A DNA stretch of 64,000 nucleotides from Camelus dromedarius (lineage: Eukaryota). The stretch covers positions 109,866,001 to 109,930,000 of the forward strand of contig NC_087436.1 in NCBI RefSeq assembly GCF_036321535.1, in the 5' to 3' direction. Both the position numbers and the translations under genes were made by a program. Below the pieces are notes generated by a model, which was given only the letters and a program-made list of their open reading frames with translations, searched no databases and was not told the DNA's origin. Below are positions 37,593-48,068 of the stretch, piece by piece. Position 1 is the first letter of the stretch. Each line of letters begins with the position of its first letter.

Positions 37593-38037
37593 TATATTAG
37601 TTTACCAGGCTGCCATAGCAAAGGACCCCAAATGGGTGGCTTGAGGACTGAAATTTACTGTCTCACAGTTTTGTAGGTTAGAAGCCTGAGGTCAGAGTCT
37701 TGGTAGGGTGGGTTACTTCTGAGGGCTGTAACAGAGAACTTGTGCCAAGTCCCTTGCCTGCTGGTTTTCTGACAGTCCTTGGTGTTCCTTGGCTTATAGA
37801 AACAATCTATAATCTCTGCCTTCATCTTCACATGGCATTCTCTCTAGTGTGTGTCTGTCTTCAGGTTTCCTCTTTTTATAAGAACACTAATATTGTATTA
37901 GAGCTTATCCTACTGAGTTAATTTTAACTTGATTACCTCTGTAAAGACCCCATGCCCAAGTAAGGTTACATTCCAAGGTAGTGGGGCTTATGATTTCAAT
38001 ACATGAATTTTAGGAGAACACAATTCAACAAATAGCA
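37593..38037 (-). mobile_element. MLT1B/C-like solo LTR
   Basis: tattagtttaccaggctgccatagcaaa, aaatttactgtctcacagttttg, and the end acacaattcaacaaatagca. Confidence 0.85.
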
Positions 38038-38984
38038 ATATTATAATAGTAATCTAATTACAGTCTATATCTATTGTTTCCTGAAGGTCTCCCTCACTCA
38101 AGTTGTCTATGATAGCAGGCATCTTTATCTTTGTCTGTTTGTTTATTGCTATATCCCAAGTTCCTAGAACAGTGTTTGACTTAGAATAAGCATTCAATAT
38201 ATGTTTATGGAAAGAAAAAAAAAAGATGTTTATAAAAATGTGGGCATATTGTCTGGTACATGGAAAGTACTGACAAATACTAGCTGTTATTATTATAATA
38301 CATGTTCTTTTCCAAAACATTGAGGGTGACTATATATTACTGTGAAACTATTAAATGTGCCAGAATGTGAAAATCTGTATGTCTGTATTGCTTCACAATA
38401 GGATTGTCAATAAAGTGTTTATTTCTTCTGATGATTAGGCTGTAGCTTAATAAATTTCTAGGATCCATCTTCAGAAAAAATATTAAAATATCTATTTGTT
38501 TATGTTTATTACCTAGATTGATCACTCAGTGAGGCGCCAATCACAGTTAAATATGTCTTTGGTTGTTTTCCTGAATTCATCCGTACCCGTAAAACATAAA
38601 ATGGTGATATTTGCAAGTGCTTTATAAGTCTAATGTGTAATTTCAAGAGGTAAGGTTGTTATATGTTTTTATTCAATTTATCTTAGGAAATGGCATCATT
38701 ATAGAAAGAAAAAAAAAAAAGCTGTGGGTCACTAATAGGGTTTGGAAGTACCTATGTTTATCTAAGACTTCTCATCCTCCTTCTTCAGTGATTAAATTAT
38801 AATAGAAATGTTCTTTGATACCTATGCCCAGACTTAAAGCCCAGAAGAAACACTACATCTCTGTTCTCATAGAGAAGAGCCACCATAACATCAGTAGTCA
38901 AAAGTGAGGTTCTCTCACTTCAGTAATATTTAGGTCACTGGCCTACAGAGCGATAATAAAGGTGAAACTCCCCCAGATCAGCAC

Positions 38985-39023
38985 CACATGCTACCATTCA
39001 GAGCACATGCTACCATTCAGAGC
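38985..39023 (+). repeat. perfect 19-bp tandem duplication
   Basis: cacatgctaccattcagag occurs twice (38985-39003, 39004-39022). Confidence 0.95.
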
Positions 39024-39640
39024 TGCAAATGCTGGTGATGAATTTTTCCATTTAGATTAATGTTGCTGTCTGCGAAGGAATGGTAAGCAATTCACCCATT
39101 AGCCATTGAGTCCAAGAAGGCCTTCATCAGATCTGCCTCCAATCCAGGCATTCAAGGTCCCCAGAGATTGCCAAGTCACAGGGGTGTGCAGAATAAATTA
39201 CAGTTAAAATATTGTCCAAAAGAGACCATATGTTTGAGCAGAATGCATTTGCCTTGACGGGGGAATGTAAGTGTTAAGACAAATCATGTCCAACTTGTCA
39301 TAAAATTGAATTAAGACCGGAAGGAAGATGGAAATTTTAGTCAAGGGAGCTAGGAAGCTTAACAGATATCTTCCTGAAATTAGCAGACATGAATGGCGGC
39401 CAAAACACCTTTAATCATTCAATTTTTACCCCTGAGAGATAGAGGTAAGAAATCTTGAATACAGTGATATGAGTATTTTTCTTATTTTCTCATAACTATA
39501 TGAAAAATCTTATACAAAACCCAATATTAATACCAACCTGGCTCATATTCTACAATCTAGATGGAGAACGTTCTTTATTAGCAAACAAAAAGTAGTGTTC
39601 TATGTTATTTTTTCACAGTTATTGAACCTCTCATCTAATG

Positions 39641-39840
39641 GTTAAGATACTCTAAGGATTCAGTTACCAGTTAGAGAGTATTGCTTAGTTAAATGCTAAT
39701 TTCTGAAGTTACTTGAAAAGAGTAACCAGTACTCTTTGAGGAGACCTAATATTGAAAGTCTTCCTCTCAATCATTCATATTTGTCATAGCCTTTTTCTAG
39801 AGATGACCAAGGTCCACATCTTGGAGGTAATAAGAATCTA
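39641..39840 (+). repeat. diverged direct repeat, copy 1 (partner 42171-42368)
   Basis: Colinear blocks ctaag(g/c)attcag, agttaaat, aagttac, ctttga(g/a)gagac, agagatgaccaaggtcca and tggaggtaat. Confidence 0.85.
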
Positions 39841-40391
39841 TTGTGTACCTTAAAGTTATGTTATTGGTACCAGGAGAAAAATTAGGCAGGCAATGGGGTA
39901 GGGATTGCTAAAGGGGACTGCAAATAGGTTGATCAGAAAAGGTTTCAATAAGAAGGTGAGGGGATGAAGGTGTGAGTTATTTAGATGCCTGAGAGAGATT
40001 GTTCTAAAAACAGGGAAAAGAAAGCAAAGAGATCATTGCAATAATCCAGGAGAGAAATGTTTGTATTTTAGGAAAGGGTCTTGGCAACATAACTGTTGAA
40101 AAGTGGTTATGTTCTGGATGTATTTTAAATGCAGAGTTGCAAGATTTGTGGATAAATTAAATGCAAAATTTGAAAAAGGAGAGTTAAGCATGGACCCAAG
40201 ATTTAGCCTATGGTTTAACTATTAACTGAGATGGGGAAGAACTGAATCAGAGCAAGTTTGAGAAGAAAAATGTAGGAACTCAAATGTACACATATTGTTC
40301 AACTGCCTATTAGGTATTCCCATAAAGAAATTTTAGTAAGGAGTTGGAAGTAGGATTCTGGGATTTCAGAGAATTCTGGGATATACATTTA

Positions 40392-40473
40392 TATAGATGA
40401 TAGGTAGGTAGATTGGTAGGTAGGTAGGTAGGTAGATACACAGGTAGATAAAATAAAGAGACAGATAGATGAT
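40392..40473 (+). repeat. (TAGA/TAGG)n compound tetranucleotide repeat
   Basis: tagatgataggtaggtagattggtaggtaggtaggtaggtagata. Confidence 0.85.
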
Positions 40474-40955
40474 ACTAAAGCCATGAAACAAGAAGATTTC
40501 ACCATGGAGTGTATGCAGAATTTAAGGCAGGTATATTCAAATACCAAGCCCTAAGAAATTAATCAACAGCAAAGAGAAGGGAAAAAAAATGAGAATATGA
40601 GGTCCTGGGGAACCAATATAAAAACACAGTTCTGTGGCATCAAATGCTTCTGATTGATCAAGTAAGATGAATACTAAAAACTGATTACCAGCTTTAGTAG
40701 GTGACCTTGTGAAAAATAATTTTGAAGAAATGGTGGGAGCAAAAGCCTGTTTGGAGTGGTTTCAAGAGAGATTGGGAAAGGCAAGTTGGAAACAATATAA
40801 CTAAGTGTTTTATGAATTTGTACTGCAAAAAGAAGAGAAATGAGGCAATAGCTGGAATGGTGAGTCAAACAGGAAGGACATTTCTTAAAATGGGAAAAAA
40901 GACAGTATATTTGGATACAAATAACCTCACAGGGAAAATTCATCATGTGGGAAAG

Positions 40956-40987
40956 AGGGTTAGGGTTAGGGTTAGGGTTGGGGTTAG
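40956..40987 (+). repeat. short interstitial telomeric repeat (TTAGGG)n
   Basis: agggTTAGGGTTAGGGTTAGGGTTGGGGTTAG. Confidence 0.85.
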
Positions 40988-41288
40988 AGAGGGGTGAATT
41001 ACTGGAGTTATGTATTTGTGTTTGTGAGAAGGAGTTAGTCTTGAGTCAAAGTGAGTGTAATTAATTCGTGATCACAGGCTGTAAAGGAAAGAAAAGGGTA
41101 TAGATGCAGATTAGGGGGTATATGTGATGCTGGGGGTTTATAGATGTTTTCTTTTGATTCCTATAATTTTATCAGGTTCATAAGAACAAGTTCATCATTT
41201 GTGAGTGATGATGGAGGATGAGGTACTGGAGTTTTGAGGAGAAGGTTGAAAATGGTATGTGAAAGATCTGAACAGAAAATAGACTTTA

Positions 41289-41696
41289 GTTTACTATGTC
41301 TGTGAGTCTGTTTCTGTTTTGTAAATAAGTTCATTAGTGTCTTCTTTTTCTTTTTTTTAATTTTTAAAATTAAAAAAATTTTTAAATTCCACATATGAGT
41401 GATATCGTATGGAATTTTTCTTAAACAAACTTATGGTTACTGGGGAGAAAAGTGATGGGAAGGGATTAAGTTGGGAGTCTGAGATTTGCAAATATTAACT
41501 ACTATATATAATATAGATAAAAAACCAAATTTCTTCTGTACAGCATAGGAAGCTATATTGAATATCTTGTAGTAATATATAATGAAAAAGAATATGAAAA
41601 CAAATATATGTGTATATGCATGACTGAAACATTGTGCTATATGCCAGAAATTGACATATTGTAACTAACTATCTTCAATCAAAAAAAAAAGAAAAT
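41289..41696 (+). mobile_element. short LINE-1 3' end with 5' inversion (twin priming)
   Basis: Antisense segment ~41289-41422, then sense 3'UTR ~41423-41690 with poly(A). TSD agaaaatagacttta (41274-41288) / agaaaatagatacttta (41697-41713). Confidence 0.9.
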
Positions 41697-42170
41697 AGAA
41701 AATAGATACTTTAATTCAGTAATCAAGATACTTTATTTTATCTTGATTGCTGAACAGCAATAGGGCAAGTCTATGGATCGTGAGTGTAAAATGAGACCAA
41801 TTATTATGTTCCTGTGTTTTCTTTAGCTTTGTTAATCTGCATGGGTTAGGACAGGACAAGTATTAACTAGAGTTAACCAAGGTGATTGTTTTATTAAGCA
41901 AGGAAAACAGAAGAGTAATGGTATAATGGCATTGAATTTGATGAAAAGAAGAGATTGTAATGAATACTCTTTGGACTTCAAAGTGCCTTCTTAAGCCTCT
42001 GTTTTGATTAGGATGAGTCAATCTAGTTTTGATTAGCTGGTCCCTCTATGAGATACAATATATCTAACCATTTATCTGAATAAGAATGTCTGCATATATA
42101 TCCCTCAGGTCAGGTGTACAAAAATGGGTTCTAATAAGAGTCCAGCCACAGGAGTAAAATTAGGTAAGGA

Positions 42171-42368
42171 TTAGGGTACCCTAAGCATTCAGGTATTATT
42201 CAGAATATTATTAAGTTAAATAATATTTTCTTAAGTTACAGAGAAGGAATAATTAGTATACTTTGAAGAGACAAAATATCAAAAGACCCCATTTGAGTTG
42301 TTCAGTTTTGCCAGAAGCATTTTCCCAGAGATGACCAAGGTCCATGTCCTGGAGGTAATGAGGACCTC
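42171..42368 (+). repeat. diverged direct repeat, copy 2 (partner 39641-39840)
   Basis: Same colinear blocks as copy 1. Confidence 0.85.
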
Positions 42369-45299
42369 TTTCTCATAGGCCTCTTCTTTCTAGACAGACT
42401 TACGTTACTTAGTATAATTCCTGACAATTTTTAAAAAACTTCCCAGCAGGCGTGCAGAGAGACAGGGCCATCCTGATTTCTTATTGGCATAAACAGTATT
42501 GAAAATCCAATGGTTATTAAATGTGTAAAAAATCTGCAGCCATGAAATAAGTAGAAATTTTCATAAGGACCAGATGATATAAGAGGTTTAGAAAGGTCAC
42601 TGTTCCAATAAATCAAATATATCATTGAAAGAGAATGACCCTGGGGACTTAGGAGTTAGATTCAAGTCACCTGAACACATGATTTTCAAATATATGGGAG
42701 ATCTATTGTTACAGTTGCGAGATTCATAAAGGTCACTTCAGGGCGTGCTTTGGATAAAGTATATAATTGTACTATGTGGTGTGACTTGCTTTACTGTTCC
42801 CAGTGCCTCTTGCTGGACATTATAAAGTATGACTTAAAATGGAAAAAAAAACAAGTGAAAAGCAAAAGTGAGAAAATAAAGCCAAACATATAAATGTTCA
42901 AAAGCTAAGAAGGTATTTGGTCTGACCTTGCTTTCTTTGTTGGGGACCCCCTGTTGAAGAGGTGGTATCCTTGTGGTTGGTGACCCATTATGGATGAGAA
43001 CAATATAACTCGCTTGTCTCCTATTTTTCACCTTCAATCAGGATTCCTCATTTCACATGAAGGTGAAAATCCATCTCTGCCAAGCTCTTCAAAATTAAAA
43101 ATACAGCATGGTGTCTAGGATAAGACTGAGCAGATAAAAAATCAGGGATAAAACAGCCTCCTGCTATGTACTCAGGAATTGTATCCCATCAAATCTTTAA
43201 GAAACATCCATAGCCATAAAAGAACATGAGGGCTTGGTGGATAATCAGTAATTATTCAGCCCAATCCCTTCATTACCGAATAAGAAACAGAAGCTCTGAG
43301 AATTAAACTTACTTAACTAACTTGGATCAGAACCAGAGTCACACCACAGTCAATCCATTATGTCACAATGATCATCGTTGTCAGCTATTCCTGTTAATAT
43401 TTTGAGATAATGCAAAGTGCTATTTCTACTCCAGGATACCCTATAAAAAGGATGTCAGATATAAAAGTAGAGGCAGGGATATTCATTGCAACCAAAAACA
43501 GCTAAAATGTCCAAAAGTAGTGATTACATTCTATGTGGAACACTAAGATATTAAAAATCATATTGCAGTTGAATAGTTACTTAAGATTATTGCTAAGTAA
43601 AAGGCAAAATATTCAGATAGCAAAATTCAATATGATATTCACTTGTCAGATAAATAGATAGCAGGGACAATATATACCGAGGTGTCAATGGAGGACTTAC
43701 CTGAGGTCTTTTATCTCTTTCCTATGCCATTTTATTCCCCCTCCTTTTTTTTTTTTTTTAATAGTAAATGCGTTTTACTTAAACTATCAGAAGTATGCTA
43801 TTTTTAAAACTTCATTTTTGAAGTATATTTATGGAAAACCCAGTGATTAAGTTCTTCTTTTCTTCTAAGAGCTATTTGCAGATTCATTTCGGGTACCTCT
43901 CAAGCCAGATATATATTTCCTAAATCTGAAAATGTGAAAGCAGTCATTTCCTTTTTTGGCTTTCTACCAAAATCCTTCACTGATCAGGCAAAGGGAGAGG
44001 AAAACACATTTGCAGAATCAGAATTTGACTTTTAAAAGTGAGATTCAATCCCTGTGAGTGCATAGTCATCAAAAAGTGACAAAGCAAACGACAGCCTTCC
44101 TGATACGTGGATATCTGATCCTGGAAAAATTCTGCAATCGCTGTGCGATACCTGCACTAGTAGAAGTTGTCAAAGGAAAACCTAACGTGTGAAAAAAAGA
44201 CCTAAATAAAAAATACATAACATAGGAATCTGAGTTCTAATAATACTATGGACAATACAGATATAAAGAAAAAACAACAATGACAAAATGCAGTTCTTAG
44301 CATATTAAAAAAAGTCTGATCTACAGTGAAATAAATTAATTGGTGGGGGAACAATGCATTTCTCTCCCAGGGTCTTATTCCATAACCATGAAACTTTAAG
44401 AGTGATTGCCTCTAACCGAAGGCCCCATAAGCTATGAAAATCATTTGAATAGGAAATGTGCACACATAAAATTCACCAAGCATTTATATAGAAGACTTTG
44501 TGTTCCCAAATTATAAGCATGTTTTATTAAAAATATAAACATAAACTTATGCTTTGCAGAATACTTGAAGTAAAATTCTAAAGCACCAAAAGAAATCTAC
44601 CCAACTTAAAAAAAGAATATTTAATTTCCAGCAAAATAATATACATAAACTGTAGATATTCAGCATGTCACATAGCCTCTTAAAATGTCAAATTTTATGC
44701 AGACATACAAATAGTATGCTCATAAACATTCACGGTCTTGTAAATATTATACTCTGACAGTCACATCCCTTCATTCAACAGATATTCACCGGGTTTTTAT
44801 CATGTGCTGCATATTATTCTAGACACTGAGAAAATCCTATGAACAAGACAAAATGTTTGCCCTCGTTGGAATTTCTCTATTGAAAGGCAGATATTGTTAA
44901 GTGAAGAGTTATCATGCTTTATCTAAACATAATAAAGAACATATGTATAGTGTCTAAGAACAATTCTGGACAGTGTATGAATAAAAATAATAACATAGAT
45001 ATGACTGTTTGCTCAGCAATGTTTAATTCTAATTGTAATTGTGCATATCTTGGAACACCCTTCAGACTATATGAAAACTCAAGTATGCACCGAAAGCCTG
45101 TACACGATTTTATAATCGGCTTAGCCCTGGGTATTAAATTAGCGTGTTAAGTGCAACACCTACTCTTGTGGGGAAGTTTTGAATGCCATACATAAAACAT
45201 TCATGGCGATGCAGGAACAAGGGGCCTCTTTTTAGATCTTTCTCTAATGGAGAACTCATTTCGAGACAAATAAAAAATTTAAATTATAAAACCTATTTC

Positions 45300-46330
45300 T
45301 GAAGGGGGTTTACCATTTCACACTTCTAATGTGAGAATTCCGATTGATTCACTTACTCCCAACTGTTGTCATTGATGATGGCTGTCTACTGGTCTCTCAT
45401 TCTTTTTTTATTGCCGTTTTCCAGATTACAGAGATTGTAAACATATTTTCAAGTGTCTATTGGCTATTCCTATAGATTTCTTGGTGAAGTGTTTAATTTT
45501 TTTTTCTCATTTTAAAATTGGTTTCTTTGTCTTTTTGTTAATGAGTTATAGAATTTATATATGTATCCTGGATACCAATCCCTGGTCAGCTATCATATGC
45601 TGCAAATATTTTCTCTGAATCTGTGGCATTCTTATTATTTTTCTTAGTGGTATACTTTATTGAGAAAAAAATTAAAATTTCTTTTAATTTTTTGATGAAG
45701 TCTTAATTTGTCAATTCAATTTATTCTTTCACTACAATTATTATTATTATTATTTTTTGACTCTGGTCTAAGAAAATTTTGCACAGCCTCAATTTACAAA
45801 GAAATTCTCTGATGTTTCCCTGCAGAAGCTTTAAGGTGTCAACTTTTATGTTTAGATCTATGATGCGTCTTGAATTATATTTGTATGTAGTGTGATATAA
45901 ATGTCAAGTGATAATCTCTTTATTGCAGTATGATTTGTTGAAAAGACAAATACAATCTGATTGCATTGGCATCTTTGTAGAAATCAGAAGACCGAGTGAC
46001 TGCCAGTCTGCTGCTGGGCTCCAGACTCTGTTCTATTGATCTGTTTGCTGATCTTTATGCCACTACCACGTTTCTTGATTATACAGCTTTGAAGCAACTC
46101 TCAAAGACGTGTAGTATAAGTTCTCCCACGTTGTTCTTTTATAAAATTGTTTTAGATAGTCTAGACAGTTTGTGTTTTTATGAAATTCTGCTGGTATTGT
46201 ATTTGGGACTGCATTTAATCTAAAAATCAATTTGTGGAGAATTGCAATGTTAACCACTTTAAGGCTTCCAATCCATGAAGCTATTTATCTCAAGTTAATT
46301 TTTAATATGTCAACATTCTACAGGAATATT
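45300..46330 (-). mobile_element. ancient LINE-1 (L1M-class) ORF2 3' region
   Basis: Minus-strand peptide VNIAILHKLIFRLNAVPNTIP resembles ORF2 [23 protein letters not shown]; T-rich antisense L1 texture. Confidence 0.8.
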
Positions 46331-46915
46331 AATTTTATCTTTCAATGTTATCAGTCACTATTTGCCAGACATATCTAGTCAGTTCCTTCCTCAGGCTTGG
46401 ACTGAATCTTTAGAACCCCTCCCCAGTTTTTCCTGGGCCACACATTACTCTCAATTTCCTTATACCTATTTGCTCCACACATACACGCTACCACCACTGA
46501 AGGCACTAAAAATTTGACAGTTATGCCCTACATTTTGATTTCACAGAAGAATTCACCATTGCATAAAATTATTAATAGTTTCTACCTCCATGCTGTTCCT
46601 TCTACTTGAAATGGTATCCCCACTTTTCAAACTTGTGAAATCTTGTACATTCTTTTAAGGTGAAGCGGAACTATTTTCCTTCGGGGTAGTCTTTCCTAAA
46701 CAATCCAGACAAAGTTAATCACAAATTGTACGGGTTACTTATGCCCTTTTTATTTCTCTAGCTTATAATATGGCATATTTTATGATTACATGTTGACAAT
46801 TGCCATAATTGTCTATGAAATCTTAGTACGCAAGAAATATACATATATATTATAATATATCATATTTCAAACAAGTAGAAAACATAAATAGAAGGATATA
46901 ACAAATACTCTCTAA

Positions 46916-47136
46916 CAGTGGTTTTCAACCAAAGTTGATTTTTTTCCCCTCAAAGCAAAATGTCTGGCAATATTTTGGTTGTCATAACTGGAGCTGTATG
47001 AGTTTTGCTACTGGCATCTAGTAGGCAGGGACCAGGGAGGCTGCTAAACATCTAAATATCCTACCACACACAGGACAGCTCCCACAGCAAAAAATACTGC
47101 CTCAAATACCAATAGTACAGAGGCTGAGAAATTCTC
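46916..47136. mobile_element. MER20 hAT-Charlie MITE
   Basis: cagtggttttcaacc...tttggttgtcataactgg...gctactggcatctagtagg...cacaggacagctcccacagcaaa...gaggctgagaaa. Confidence 0.9.
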
Positions 47137-47216
47137 CTCTAAACTCACCATATCAGATGTTCACATTTTGCCACATTTGTTGCAAATCTCCCCATTCTTA
47201 AATAATAAGATATTAC

Positions 47217-47242
47217 ATATATATATATATATATATATATAT
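47217..47242. repeat. (AT)n microsatellite
   Basis: Uninterrupted run of about 13 AT units. Confidence 0.95.
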
Positions 47243-47627
47243 GAAGCATTCATTTAATTCTGATTTCATTCTTCACCTTCCCTCTTTAGAGATAACCACT
47301 ACCCTAAAATTGATAACTCCCATATTTATAGATTTTATTTTGTATGGATTAAAAATACCATTTTGTATATTTATCATACCTATGTATTAGGTGTCACACT
47401 GTCAGGTATCTTACAACTTTCTTTTTTTACTCAATGATGTGTAATTAAGATTTATCAGCTTTGATCTTCTTAGGTCTAGGTCGTTCACTTTAAAGCTGTG
47501 TAACCTTCATTTTATGTCTATACAATTATTTACCATGATATACCAATGAACATTTTGTTGTTTAAAATTATCCCTCATGGCAGAGGGCTGTGGTAAACTT
47601 TCTTGTTACCCATTTCTCCTTGCGTAG

Positions 47628-48068
47628 TGTCCTGGGCTGAATAGTGTCCTCCAAGTGTTCAGCGAGGACCTGACTTTGTTTGGGAGCAAAGCTTTGGCAG
47701 ATGCAATCATATTAAGGTAAAGTCATACTGGATTAAAATGGGCCTTCATCCGATGTCCTTGTCCTGATAAGAGGAGGAAAATTCAGACACACAGGTCCAT
47801 AGAAGAGAGAACGTCATGTGAAAGACAAGACAAAGACTGGAGTGATTCAGCTACAACCCACGGGATGTGCAGAACTATTCACCACCATCAGAAGCTAGAA
47901 GACAGACATGGAACAAATTCTCCCTCAAGGTCTCCACAAAGAACCAGCCTTGCCAACTCCCTGAGCTAAGACCCCTGGCCTTCATGACTGTGAAGAAACA
48001 ACATTTCTGTCATTTTAAGGCACCCAATTTATAGTGATTTGTTACAGCAGCCTTAGAAAACTAAAACA
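47628..48068 (+). mobile_element. MLT1B/C-like solo LTR
   Basis: tgtcctgggctgaatagtgtcc...tttgttacagcagccttagaaaactaaaaca; 5-bp TSD cgtag/cggag. Confidence 0.9.

Larger units (their letters stand above)
39860..41960 (-). mobile_element. long L2 fragment carrying microsatellite, telomeric-repeat and L1 insertions
   Basis: ttgcaataatccaggagagaaatg, tctggatgtattttaaatgcagag, taactgagatggggaaga and tcaaatgcttctgattgatcaagtaagatga. Right boundary uncertain. Confidence 0.7.

Noticed and set aside
42300..42370. Minus-strand SLPPGHGPWSSLG resembling the cytochrome P450 proline-rich motif
   Set aside because: Only a few residues match, a stop follows shortly, and there is no signal anchor or other P450 exon.
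43025..43069. 12-bp inverted repeat ttttcaccttca / tgaaggtgaaaa with 21-nt spacer
   Set aside because: Short, with no TSD or family features; plausible by chance in AT-rich DNA.
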